Positions 10,046-19,415 of a stretch of DNA of 64,000 nt are shown here, in pieces. The DNA lies in NCBI GenBank assembly GCA_016840065.1, contig JAEOTB010000054.1, positions 16,483 through 80,482 on the forward strand. Direction: 5' to 3'. This stretch comes from Candidatus Hermodarchaeota archaeon. GTDB taxonomy: Archaea; Asgardarchaeota; Hermodarchaeia; Hermodarchaeales; Hermodarchaeaceae. How positions within the stretch are numbered: the first letter of the stretch is position 1; the number at the start of each line of letters is the position of its first letter. The translations under genes and the position numbers were made by a program. The notes under the pieces were generated by a model that was given only the letters and a program-made list of their open reading frames with translations, was not told the DNA's origin and did no database searches.

Positions 10046-11518
10046 ATGATGCTAGCCGGGTTGTTAGAAAGAGATAGTAAGCTCCGAAGCCTTGCTAATC
10101 CCCTCTTCTGGGGCCCCCTTCTAGCTATCATCGTTGTAAAACTTTGGGTCTTTCATCTCTCCATAGTTAGGTATATTGAGAGCCAAACAGTTTACTTTAG
10201 CTACGGATACTTTTACTTCGGAATGGATTTTGAGATTGTAGAACCTTATGGTGACTTCCAAGCATACTATATGAACTTTGTAGAGCAGTTTACGCAAGGA
10301 TATCTGCCATATACACCGGATTTGTACATGGTCGAAGAAAGCCAAGTCTATATTTATCCCCCCCTTTTTCTTTACATCATTACTGCGTTCTATTTCCTGC
10401 CCGTAGAATTGGGTTTTCCTGACTTGCTGCTGATGGGGCAGGACCTTCATTTTGCACGAGTTGGATTCAGTTTCATTTTCTTCGATATTGCCACCTGTAT
10501 CATTATCTACGGTGCAGCTAAGAAACTGACATCCAATCGAATTCTTCCTGCTACCGCAATGTTGTTGTTTGGTCTGAATCCCATCACCCTCTGGTGGGGT
10601 GACTACATTTGGATGAGTACACCCATCCATACCTTCTTTCTCATCCTGGGGTTCTACTTCATGTTAGATGGGCGGCTCCGTTGGGCTGCGTTTTGGGTTG
10701 CAATTGCTACGATGGTAAAACAGACCGCAGGACTTCTGCTTCCTCTTATACTCATGGTGGAGCTATCTCGTGGCTGGCGTCGTGTTCCCATCAGCCTTGG
10801 CATTATGGCTTTCGTGATCGTTACCCTCTCATTGCCCTATCTAGTTATCTATCCTGTGAATTATATCTCAGCTGTGGCTAGCGGAATGGGGGGTTACTGG
10901 ATGGAGTCCCTACCCCTTCAGACCTATCCTGTTCCTATCTCTGTTCTTGCCTGGTATCTGCCACCAGTTCTGAATAGCATTATCCTTTGGGCTGTGTATC
11001 TTGGTATACCATTTCTTGTTTCTCTCACAATGCTCTGGGTTATTGCGTATTTGGTCGAGGAGAAAACTGGTCGCCGTTATAGAGAACAAATCCTGGTGCT
11101 TTGTCTTCTTCTCTCCTTGGCATTGCATTCCTTCTTTTCCCGGGGAATCTACAAGTACTATCTTATTGCCTTGTTGCCCTTCCTTGTCCTCCTTATTCCT
11201 GCTCTTAGTGGCCCACTTGTTCCCCTTCGACAAACTAGGTTAATGGACTCGGTGTTTTCGCGGAGTCCTTTGCGGTTGCTTCCTATTAGGCTTCAGCATG
11301 CGGCCAGGTCTTTTCTTACGTTAGGACAGTCGGTTGTTAATCGTTTAGCGACTTGGGCTTTGCTACTTGTTTCTTTCGTGAGTATAGCCCTCTTCACGGT
11401 CCATCGTTTTGTTTCGCCTGCTATCCTACTTACGCTTTTTCTATGCTGTCTTCTAGGAGCTTGGTATCATTTCGATTGGAAATCCCGTTCAAAACCGACG
11501 AAGAAAAATGAAGGATAG
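10046..11518 (+). CDS. Polytopic membrane GT-C-fold glycosyltransferase (GT87/GT39-like)
   Basis: ~11-12 TM segments; D..AYY...G..PY and YIYPPLFLY motifs; FD in TM2; NP..L; A..VKQ. Confidence 0.7.
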   Translation: MMLAGLLERDSKLRSLANPLFWGPLLAIIVVKLWVFHLSIVRYIESQTVYFSYGYFYFGMDFEIVEPYGDFQAYYMNFVEQFTQGYLPYTPDLYMVEESQVYIYPPLFLYIITAFYFLPVELGFPDLLLMGQDLHFARVGFSFIFFDIATCIIIYGAAKKLTSNRILPATAMLLFGLNPITLWWGDYIWMSTPIHTFFLILGFYFMLDGRLRWAAFWVAIATMVKQTAGLLLPLILMVELSRGWRRVPISLGIMAFVIVTLSLPYLVIYPVNYISAVASGMGGYWMESLPLQTYPVPISVLAWYLPPVLNSIILWAVYLGIPFLVSLTMLWVIAYLVEEKTGRRYREQILVLCLLLSLALHSFFSRGIYKYYLIALLPFLVLLIPALSGPLVPLRQTRLMDSVFSRSPLRLLPIRLQHAARSFLTLGQSVVNRLATWALLLVSFVSIALFTVHRFVSPAILLTLFLCCLLGAWYHFDWKSRSKPTKKNEG

Positions 11519-11597
11519 TTACTAGAAGCAGTCATATCATGAGCATCTGCTGCAAAACAAGTAATACGGTGCACGTTAAACGAACCCAGATACCAAC

Positions 11598-11885
11598 CTA
11601 GGCTCTAATTCGCTCTCCACAATGTGGACAGTAGGTTTCATCAGGTTCCAGACTGACTGTTTTTCCGCAGAATCTACATTCCATTACCAGGGACTGTTGA
11701 ACCCCAACTCGATCTGCCTCAAATGCAGTCTCCTGTTCTTCTTTAGATGTCTGAGAGCCCCAGAAAAAGATAGGCGGGAGAAGGAAGAAGATTAGGAAGG
11801 GGAACCCAGGGATGAGCAGCCAGAGAACCACCATTAGAAGTGTGAGAATCACACTGATTATGGATATCAGGTACCACCGTTTCAT
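11598..11885 (-). CDS. Small membrane protein with C-terminal zinc ribbon
   Basis: N-terminal hydrophobic hairpin; CRFC...CPHC. Confidence 0.75.
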   Translation of the reverse strand: MKRWYLISIISVILTLLMVVLWLLIPGFPFLIFFLLPPIFFWGSQTSKEEQETAFEADRVGVQQSLVMECRFCGKTVSLEPDETYCPHCGERIRA

Positions 11886-11921
11886 TTCCTCAGTGAACTC
11901 CTTTGGGTGATTCCCAAGCCC

Positions 11922-12374
11922 TCATTTGGGATCAGGAACCTCGTCTAGGTGCTCTGTGATTCTATTGATAATGTAGTGGGAACGTCGGATTGCTGTAAGG
12001 GAGCCGAATTCGGCATAGTGTAGCTCATCGGAGGATAAGGTTTTTCCGCGTTTTCCCCTCAATTTTTCAAGGAAATCTTCGAGGTGGTGCTTTACCTCCC
12101 GGAGGGAGGAAATAGCTTCTGAGGATGCGCCTATTAGCAGTTGTGCGAGTTCCTTTGCTGGAGGAATTCCTGATGTATCAGAGAGTAGGTTGCGCACCTC
12201 CTTAAAATGGGATTTTATATTTTCGAGTACAACTCGTAGTTCTTCAGCTGTTCGCAGCATGGTCTCGAGTTCTTCTAGACTCTGAGAGGGGGATATTTTC
12301 TCAATTGCTTTCTCAAAGGGACTGAGGATTGTTTCGAGTTGGTTTTGTAATTTCAGGATTTTTGCACGGCTCAT
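11922..12374 (-). CDS. Hypothetical all-helical protein
   Basis: 150-aa ORF with GGTGA SD-like site, co-oriented between two genes. Confidence 0.7.
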   Translation of the reverse strand: MSRAKILKLQNQLETILSPFEKAIEKISPSQSLEELETMLRTAEELRVVLENIKSHFKEVRNLLSDTSGIPPAKELAQLLIGASSEAISSLREVKHHLEDFLEKLRGKRGKTLSSDELHYAEFGSLTAIRRSHYIINRITEHLDEVPDPK

Positions 12375-12388
12375 AACATCACCATAGT

Positions 12389-14377
12389 TCAGGTTTTTGT
12401 GGTTTTTTGTATTCTGACGAGTCTTAAGCCCTCAAGGAGATTTATTAATTTTAGTACTGCTTCTATGTTTGCTATGGTACCAAATTCAGCTTCTAGTACT
12501 ATTTGTATCTCAAAGAGGTTTCGGTCACCATCAATGAAGTTAGTTAGCTCCAAGAGGAACTCTGTGAATCGGGGTCTCTCTCTTTGACTCCTGAGCCATT
12601 CTGCTTCCTTTGGTGGGAGGGCTCTGTTTAGTTGGTATAATGAGAGGGGCCCAGTGAACTCTCTGTGAGGAATTATTTGTTGAGCTTCATTCTCTGGTTT
12701 TCGAAGGCGAAGTCTTGTAGGAGGTTTATAATCGAGTGATTCGCATCGTAGTTTTTCGAATTCGAGGAGCCGTTTTTCTTCAACCTCTTTCACTCGCTTA
12801 AGGTCGGCAATAAGGCTGTTGACGAATCGTTGAACCTTATCTTTTCTTGAGAGTTTAATAACGCTCTTTATTGCGAGTTCATCACAGCTCACAAGCCTCC
12901 TAATTTTTCTGATGCCCTTCCTGAGGGCTGTAAACATGGTGTATCCCTTTTGAGTTGAAAAGGCGCTGCGAATGGTCTCCTGACTTGTGTGGCTTAGCCG
13001 CTTAAGGGACCGAGCATAGACCTCGGTGGCGATGAAGGTAGCCTCCTCTTGCTCTGCGTTGGCTTGAAGGAGGGTACTCATTGCAACTGCATATGCAACG
13101 CGTTTTAATTGGGAGGCGTCGCACTTGTCCATCGAGTCCTCGCTAGAGTGATAGAAGGCATCAGGCCAGTGGTTCAGCATCGGACAAGGCACACCGATAG
13201 TGGAATCCACCAGCATCACATGATCGCTTCCTCCTCCAAAACCCATAACTTTGAACCGAAAGGGTTGACGACTTCCCCGAGGAGAGAGAAGTCGTGGCTC
13301 TTGAGAGGCTTCTTCTAATAGATACTCAAGTAGATCGTTTATATAACTAGGAATAGAATGGGGAGTACGATAAAGAATCAGAGAACCACCGCACCTTAGA
13401 GAGTCTTGGCCCACCATGTCGCAGTTTATTGCGCTTATGGTTCGTTTTGCTAGCTCTGGGTATTCATGGAGATAACAGATGGTTCCAAAAAACTCGGGGA
13501 CCCACATAAACCGGATTGTGCGAAGGGGTCGAGGAAGTCGACCCTGATTAATGAGCGAGCTTATCGTCCTAGCAATCTCCATTATTAAGGCGCTGCCACT
13601 AGCGTTGTCATTTGCGCTTGGACGCGGATGACAGAGGTGAGCTATGAGTAGTACCTCCTCCTCTGGGTACTTCTCACCCTCGATGACTGCAGTTAGAACT
13701 CTTTGTTCCCCTTTGTAGAGTTCAGCTTCAATCTTTGCATGTAACAATACTTCTTTCTCAGTTTCCACTAGTCTTCGGAGCCTCAATCCTGTCTTACCCG
13801 AGATAGAAAAGGCAAAGCCAATGTTCTTCACTTCATCTTTGACAGGCCAGAGTCCTTCATATTGTACAAGATCCGGGTGTAGAGTTCTTCGTTCTGTGGG
13901 AGGGAAGTGAACTGTTCCAAGGGCACCACGACGGAGAACTGCTTGCCGATGAACGTCCCGGGCACGACCATAGGAGAGCACGATCTTCCCTTCAACTTCA
14001 ACCTTCTGGTAATCTCGGTCATGGCTACCCTCCCCCACGTAAACGAGGGGAGCTTCTACATCTGTTCCCTGACTGTGCGCAACGACACTTACCGGCGTTT
14101 CCGAGAAACGTGTGAGGAGTTTCTGATGTGGGTGAATGAGACGGAGTTCGCCGCTTGTTACGCGCCAGCCCATGGGTGCTGTCCACTGCCAAGTTCTCGT
14201 GTATCCGTCTGCAGGGTAAACACTAATCCTAGTCGTGACACCAGGTAGAGGTTTCATCTGCTGCTCCACATATCGTATCGCTTCATGAAACCCTGGTGAA
14301 GCCTGGATCCTGTGAAATCGTGTTATTTCACTGATGAAATCCTTGGCAATCGACCCGGACAATTCTTCGATAAGCAC
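12389..14377 (-). CDS. M28-family metallopeptidase with PA domain (DUF4910 type)
   Basis: AHLCH, NDNASG, WVPE, NCDMVG, GSDH, YHSSED Zn-ligand motifs; PA insert (LVYVGEG...VEGKIVL). Confidence 0.85.
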   Translation of the reverse strand: MLIEELSGSIAKDFISEITRFHRIQASPGFHEAIRYVEQQMKPLPGVTTRISVYPADGYTRTWQWTAPMGWRVTSGELRLIHPHQKLLTRFSETPVSVVAHSQGTDVEAPLVYVGEGSHDRDYQKVEVEGKIVLSYGRARDVHRQAVLRRGALGTVHFPPTERRTLHPDLVQYEGLWPVKDEVKNIGFAFSISGKTGLRLRRLVETEKEVLLHAKIEAELYKGEQRVLTAVIEGEKYPEEEVLLIAHLCHPRPSANDNASGSALIMEIARTISSLINQGRLPRPLRTIRFMWVPEFFGTICYLHEYPELAKRTISAINCDMVGQDSLRCGGSLILYRTPHSIPSYINDLLEYLLEEASQEPRLLSPRGSRQPFRFKVMGFGGGSDHVMLVDSTIGVPCPMLNHWPDAFYHSSEDSMDKCDASQLKRVAYAVAMSTLLQANAEQEEATFIATEVYARSLKRLSHTSQETIRSAFSTQKGYTMFTALRKGIRKIRRLVSCDELAIKSVIKLSRKDKVQRFVNSLIADLKRVKEVEEKRLLEFEKLRCESLDYKPPTRLRLRKPENEAQQIIPHREFTGPLSLYQLNRALPPKEAEWLRSQRERPRFTEFLLELTNFIDGDRNLFEIQIVLEAEFGTIANIEAVLKLINLLEGLRLVRIQKTTKT

Positions 14378-14497
14378 ATTCCGATACTTGTTATGAAAAA
14401 TGGCAAGATGCCCTCCTGCTTTGGGTAAATATTTGTTTAGAATCCTTTTATTGTTGGTTAACCTTTAAAAGCACATGAACTATACTCTGTTAAACAG

Positions 14498-15439
14498 GTG
14501 AGTGGCTTGTCAGCGAGCCTCCAATTACATGATGTCCAGGACACAGGCGAGATTCTAGAGATAAAGCCAAAGGGTGACATTAGGGACGAGCTCGCTGGTG
14601 ACCGAGTTCTCATAATTGTAAATCATGAGGACCGAAAGATATGGGTGTGGATGGGGGGACAGGCTCGCGTTCGCAGGAAATTTATTGGTGCCCGCCAAGC
14701 ACAAGCCATCCGTAGTCAGGTTGGCCTCACATACAAGGTTATATCTGTTGAAGCTGGCGATGAGTCAGGAGAATTTCTCACAGCAGTTGGTCTTAAGGCA
14801 CCCACAAAGGTTGAGAAACCTGAAGTTGTCACTGAGGTGGATATCCCCACCCGTCCAGCCTCTAAGCCAAAACCTGTAACTACCCCAAAACCCAAACCAA
14901 AGACAACCCCAAAACCCAAACCAAAGACAACACCCACCCCAACCCGTCCAGTTGCGACTACACCAGCACCTTCGAGCCAGCTAGGCCAAGAATATGAGGG
15001 GTTAGAGAAGGTTTTCCCGCTTAAGGAAACAGGCTTAACCTCACCAACAAAGTTGGACCGCATCATCAGCATCATTGAGAGTACTACACTACCACCAGGC
15101 TATGCACGTGAACTGGTTATCATTGGCCATGAGGTCTTTACAACTGTAGAACGTACAGTAGATCAGATGGGTAAGACAAAAACTACAATCCAACTAGAGC
15201 GCAGCCACACGTTACCCGAGGGCACATTTTTTGGCGGCGATTACACTCCACGAATCATCGTTGAAGCTGGACGGGTGCTTGCCACCGAGTTCTTAAAGAG
15301 AGTTAATAATGGAGACAGAACAAGTCTTCGTGACACAACTCAAGACGCTGGGGTTTCACAACTCCTTGACATTTTCCAAATCAGCACAGAAAAACCGAAG
15401 CCCCCAAAGCGGAAGAGAAAAGCTAAGGCAAAGCCATAA
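14498..15439 (+). CDS. Single-domain gelsolin-like protein with Pro/Thr/Lys linker and C-terminal domain (1DGelX architecture)
   Basis: DRVLIIV...KIWVWMG...RRKFIGARQA...V.AGDESGEF gelsolin-repeat signature; linker with PKPKPKTT repeats; C-terminal LPPGYARELVIIG...LPEGTFF...YTPRI domain. Confidence 0.75.
   Translation: MSGLSASLQLHDVQDTGEILEIKPKGDIRDELAGDRVLIIVNHEDRKIWVWMGGQARVRRKFIGARQAQAIRSQVGLTYKVISVEAGDESGEFLTAVGLKAPTKVEKPEVVTEVDIPTRPASKPKPVTTPKPKPKTTPKPKPKTTPTPTRPVATTPAPSSQLGQEYEGLEKVFPLKETGLTSPTKLDRIISIIESTTLPPGYARELVIIGHEVFTTVERTVDQMGKTKTTIQLERSHTLPEGTFFGGDYTPRIIVEAGRVLATEFLKRVNNGDRTSLRDTTQDAGVSQLLDIFQISTEKPKPPKRKRKAKAKP
14882..14931 (+). repeat. 24-bp perfect tandem duplication (TPKPKPKT x2) in the gelsolin linker
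   Basis: accccaaaacccaaaccaaagaca twice in tandem. Confidence 0.9.
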
Positions 15440-15536
15440 CCTCAAGCTCTTCGGCTCATTGGTTCCTTTTTGCAAAAATAGATAAAGGCGGGGTTCTTAG
15501 CTCAACTCGTCAAATAATTGGCGGAGTAAGAGAACA

Positions 15537-16793
15537 ATGAGTCGAAACTGCACGAAGTGTGGTGCAACTGTTCCTGGTATTGCAAAATTCTGCCGCGTCT
15601 GCGGTACAGCCATAAAGCCAAAGGTTAGCCCGAAACCGCGTAAGTGCCCTACCTGTAATGATATGGTTCCAGGAGGTCAGCGGAGTTGTCCAAAATGTGG
15701 CACCCGGCTCCCCCGCCCCAAAACCCCATCAGCCACTGGTGAAACAAAGACCTGTTCCAGCTGTGGCTATGATAAGATACCTGTTACGGGTAAATTCTGT
15801 ACCAAGTGTGGAATCTCCCTTTCTGAAGCTGCCCCCCCAGAAGAGGAGCCAGTAGAACCTGAGACTTCCACGGTTTCAGTAAGTGAAGGTGTGTGCCCAA
15901 AATGTGGCAAACCTACTAAACCGAGGGCAAAGTTCTGCACCGGCTGCGGTTCAAGCCTTTCAAACCCATCGTCCTCTACCGTTTCTGTTGTTGAGAAGGT
16001 CACGACTCCCCGGGTTGTATCTGGGTCTGAACCTTCCATTTCCTATGATCCCATCCCAGTTCCAGCAAAGGCTCTCAGTCAGCTTGTAGCAAGAGGAAAA
16101 CAACTGGCTCTAGAGAAGACGTACACGGGGAAGGAGGGTGACGAGAAGGTCATCAAGCGTATAAGCGAGGTAGAGAAGGATGGCGGTTTCCCATTAGAAG
16201 AGATTGTAGATACATACATCCAGGAAAGGGGAGAGCAGGAAAGACTGGAGATGCTTCTTGAGAATGGAGAGGTAACTGAAAGGGTCTACTCTCGACTATC
16301 AAAGGAGTACGATGAGAAACTCCTAGACCTTGAGGAGAAAATCAAGGACGGTAGAGCAACGCTTCTAGGTTATCTTACTAAGCTTAGAAGTGACCTTCAG
16401 GATGCGGAGGAAAAGCTAGAAACCATTGAAACCAAATCCCAGATTGATGACGATAAAACCCTAAAGGCAAAGCAGAAAAAACTCAAGAAGAAGATTCAGA
16501 AGCTTCAGCTAGCCATCTCTGCCGCGGTCCACATTCTTAACAAGGAGAGCGCCATAAGTGGTGGAACTCCTATCCGCTTTGAAATCTCGGAGGTAACTCT
16601 TGGAGAGGCAGCTACAGATATATCCGAATCCAGCGATAAAGACACTAGCACTACCTCACCACCTAAGGAAGATGAGAGTACTCCAGAAGAGAAACCAACC
16701 GAAGATATCGAAGGCGGGAAAATTTGCCCTCGATGTGGTGTGGTCACAGCACCTTCAGCGAAATACTGCACTAAATGTGGTCAGATAATCTGA
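15537..16793 (+). CDS. Multi zinc-ribbon (DZR) protein with central CdvA-like coiled coil
   Basis: Five CxxC...CxxC ribbons (4 N-terminal, 1 C-terminal); RLEMLLENGEVTERVYSRLSKEY motif followed by a coiled coil. Confidence 0.7.
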   Translation: MSRNCTKCGATVPGIAKFCRVCGTAIKPKVSPKPRKCPTCNDMVPGGQRSCPKCGTRLPRPKTPSATGETKTCSSCGYDKIPVTGKFCTKCGISLSEAAPPEEEPVEPETSTVSVSEGVCPKCGKPTKPRAKFCTGCGSSLSNPSSSTVSVVEKVTTPRVVSGSEPSISYDPIPVPAKALSQLVARGKQLALEKTYTGKEGDEKVIKRISEVEKDGGFPLEEIVDTYIQERGEQERLEMLLENGEVTERVYSRLSKEYDEKLLDLEEKIKDGRATLLGYLTKLRSDLQDAEEKLETIETKSQIDDDKTLKAKQKKLKKKIQKLQLAISAAVHILNKESAISGGTPIRFEISEVTLGEAATDISESSDKDTSTTSPPKEDESTPEEKPTEDIEGGKICPRCGVVTAPSAKYCTKCGQII

Positions 16794-16820
16794 TGAGCTG
16801 TCGCCTTGAACTGGGCCGCA

Positions 16821-17402
16821 TTAGATATTTCTAGTTTCTAGCGCATCGAAGAAAGCGTCAGTGAGTCCAGCTCTGTACCTGAATCCACCTGATTTTGATG
16901 CAAGAAGTAGTGGACGAATCTCCTTTTGTAGTTCATCACGTGTTCTGAGTTGGACATCAGAAATCTCAGTTGTGTCTTGTGTTTCTAGTTCTCCCCCCAC
17001 TGATTGAGCCAGAAAAACATAGGAGACCCAATCGATTGGGGAGTGACCTTTACAGTAGAAGGTGACATGGCATTCTAGGACCCATCTCTGAAGTTCTATG
17101 TCCAGTCCTGTCTCCTCTTTTCCTTCGCGGATGGCGGCCGCTTCGAGGCGCTCACCAGGGGATGCGCCTCCGGAGGGGGCGCGGAGAATCCCAGTCTTGG
17201 CGTAGAGGTGCTTCTCTATTACAACGTATTTGTCTTGGTGTAGGATGAATAGAGTAACATCATGATAGCGTCCCTGTTGGGTTGATTGGATTACTAGCTT
17301 GAATTCTTCTGGATTCATTTCAAAACAGAATTCAAGTCGTCGTGGTTTTCCAAAACGTGCTTCCAGGACATTGAGTTCTGCCTGAAAATCCTCATGAGCC
17401 AT
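16821..17402 (-). CDS. NUDIX hydrolase
   Basis: Nudix box GGASPGERLEAAAIREGKEETGL. Confidence 0.9.
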   Translation of the reverse strand: MAHEDFQAELNVLEARFGKPRRLEFCFEMNPEEFKLVIQSTQQGRYHDVTLFILHQDKYVVIEKHLYAKTGILRAPSGGASPGERLEAAAIREGKEETGLDIELQRWVLECHVTFYCKGHSPIDWVSYVFLAQSVGGELETQDTTEISDVQLRTRDELQKEIRPLLLASKSGGFRYRAGLTDAFFDALETRNI

Positions 17403-17454
17403 AGAAGAAGCCTCAGGGCAAGAATTTGATTCAACCTAAAAAAATGTTGGGAAC

Positions 17455-17498
17455 AGCGAGAGGGAGGGCGGGTGAGGTTAGTTCCCGCCCTTCTCGCT
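17455..17498 (-). terminator. GC-rich stem-loop downstream of hsp20
   Basis: agcgaga..gggcggg / cccgccc.tctcgct inverted repeat; a T-run follows on the minus strand (17438-17444). Confidence 0.45.
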
Positions 17499-17530
17499 TC
17501 TCAGGTCTTCTATCTCTGCTGATTATGGGA

Positions 17531-18136
17531 TTATAGGTGTTTAAGCTGGATTTCGATAACTCCGTTCTTGAATTGTTGTTCTTCGAGTTCTACTGGGACT
17601 GGCAGTTCGAGCTCACGGAAGGGATTACCGTTCACTTGGACAAAGATGCGTCTTCCCTTGACACTGGTTTGCACGTCTTCAGCGTTGGTTGCAGGCAATT
17701 CAAAGATCACTATGAAGCCGTTCTCCTTGTCGATGACATCGATTAGGTAGTTATCAGACTCTTTTAGCTGTGGATGGGGTAAGGGATTGGGTGTTGGATC
17801 AAGGGGCTTAGGATAGGGCTCTGCGGGTCTGGGTCGTGGCCTTTGTGGAGGTGCTTGGAGGCCAGGAGGAAGAACATGTTCTGCGATGGAGTCGTTGAAA
17901 TTCTGTTTATCTGTAGGTAGGTTGCTGAACTCTTTGGTTTCTACTCGTCCGTCGGGAGTTACGATTGTGGTTCGACCATAGACTATTGGGCCCCATGTGA
18001 TTGTTTTCCCGTGTTCGTCTTCTTTGATTTGGGGTTGGAGTTGCCTTGCTTGGCTAAGTCGACTGGATTGGAGCATGCTGAGGAGAGCTTGGAACTCTCG
18101 CTGTATCATCTTGTTGAATTCGTCTATTAGGCTCAT
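17531..18136 (-). CDS. hsp20: Archaeal small heat-shock protein (Hsp20)
   Basis: WGPIVYG..IVTPDGR....EFSN archaeal sHSP motif; alpha-crystallin domain ending FKNGVIEIQL; ATG 18136 with GGAGTGAGG SD. Confidence 0.8.
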   Translation of the reverse strand: MSLIDEFNKMIQREFQALLSMLQSSRLSQARQLQPQIKEDEHGKTITWGPIVYGRTTIVTPDGRVETKEFSNLPTDKQNFNDSIAEHVLPPGLQAPPQRPRPRPAEPYPKPLDPTPNPLPHPQLKESDNYLIDVIDKENGFIVIFELPATNAEDVQTSVKGRRIFVQVNGNPFRELELPVPVELEEQQFKNGVIEIQLKHL

Positions 18137-18154
18137 TATTGCCTCACTCCATTT

Positions 18155-18255
18155 TACTAACAATTTGTGACTAACTCGTTGTTAGTAACTCTATAATATA
18201 AACTTTTTGTCCATTCTAGAGCAAACCACAACATTTACTAACATAAAGTGAGTAA
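18155..18255. promoter_or_regulatory. Heat-shock regulator operators (CTAAC-N5-GTTAG) in the divergent hsp20/regulator promoter
   Basis: Perfect CTAAC-TCGTT-GTTAG at 18171-18185; near-perfect TTACTAAC-ATAAA-GTGAGTAA at 18235-18255; degenerate site at 18157-18171; TATA-like element at 18192-18202. Confidence 0.8.
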
Positions 18256-18290
18256 ATAAACCAGCTAACCCATAAAAAGGAGCTGCATCA

Positions 18291-18827
18291 ATGCCACCCA
18301 CAAAAATCAGCGACGAATTCGACATCCTCTTCCACCTACTGGGCAACCGAACCCGCTATGAGATTCTACGCCACCTGGTCCGTGAACCTATGTTTCTTGG
18401 TCAATTAAGCCGAGAACTCGCCATTGGACAGCAGGCAATACTACGTCATCTACGGGAACTCATCAAACAGGGACTGCTTGAGACCTATGAGGATGAAAGC
18501 ATTCGTGGACCCCCAAGGAAGTACTACAAGTTAGGTAAATGTATTCGTCTCAGTATTCGCATCTCTCCTGAGGGAATTCATGTCATCAGCACGATGCCTG
18601 ATACTGCTCAGCCTCAGACTGTGGAGGAGCTTCTTCGAAGGAACTACCCAGAACTTAGCAGGCTCCTAACCCGCGTCCAATTACTCCCTAGAATCAGAAA
18701 TCATGAAAAACGTCGTATTGCATCAAATGAGCTCCTCAGACAACTAAAAATGAAACGTAGGGAAGTAAGATCAATTGCAGAATATCTTAGCAAGGTAATT
18801 AACTGGGTGCAGGAGAACCAACACTAG
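18291..18827 (+). CDS. ArsR-like wHTH heat-shock regulator (HSR1/Phr family)
   Basis: LGNRTRYEIL..L...PMF..QLSREL.IGQQAILRHL..L...GL...GPPRKYY is the HSR/Phr-type signature; divergent from hsp20. Confidence 0.8.
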   Translation: MPPTKISDEFDILFHLLGNRTRYEILRHLVREPMFLGQLSRELAIGQQAILRHLRELIKQGLLETYEDESIRGPPRKYYKLGKCIRLSIRISPEGIHVISTMPDTAQPQTVEELLRRNYPELSRLLTRVQLLPRIRNHEKRRIASNELLRQLKMKRREVRSIAEYLSKVINWVQENQH

Positions 18828-18974
18828 ACTTTTGTTCGTCCAGGTGATATAAGGCTAGTTGATTCTGTTTTTTGCGTGTCTGAAAAACTATTTATGCCCA
18901 ATGGGGGGATAGTAGGATGGAACGAGACAATCACTCCAACAAGCTTTGCAACTCGAGCTTTTGGTGGTTATTTA

Positions 18975-19415
18975 ATGGGGCTTCTAGATAGGTTACGGTC
19001 ATTGTTCAGACGAAGAAAAGCAGCTGATGACAAGTCAGCTGGTAGCAAGTCGCTTAAAGGCAGTGAACAGACATTCAAACAAGTAGTAGTAGGAGAGGTA
19101 TCCGAAAGGAAGGGTGGTATGGGTATATCCCATACTCTAGAGCTTTCTGGAACACCAAAGGTTGACAAGTTGTTAAAGGAATACCAGAAGTTAGAATTGG
19201 AACGTTTTCGTCTAAGAAGCGAATTGGATATCATAGAGAAACGCCTGGCCCTTGGTGCCATCACTGAGAAGCAGCGCAACGGTGCTTATAGGACTCGCCT
19301 TTCTCGAGCAGGGAAAATCAGTTTGCGCCAGGTCACAATTAGAACCAGACTAAGGAAGTTAGGATGTTCCATTCACCGCCATTGGCGTGTTGTTGAACCA
19401 CAACCTCTAGTCTAA
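18975..19415 (+). CDS. Hypothetical basic helical protein
   Basis: ATG 18975 after GGTGGT; MGLLDRLRSLFRR amphipathic N-terminus; coiled coil with LALGAITEKQ motif. Confidence 0.6.
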   Translation: MGLLDRLRSLFRRRKAADDKSAGSKSLKGSEQTFKQVVVGEVSERKGGMGISHTLELSGTPKVDKLLKEYQKLELERFRLRSELDIIEKRLALGAITEKQRNGAYRTRLSRAGKISLRQVTIRTRLRKLGCSIHRHWRVVEPQPLV

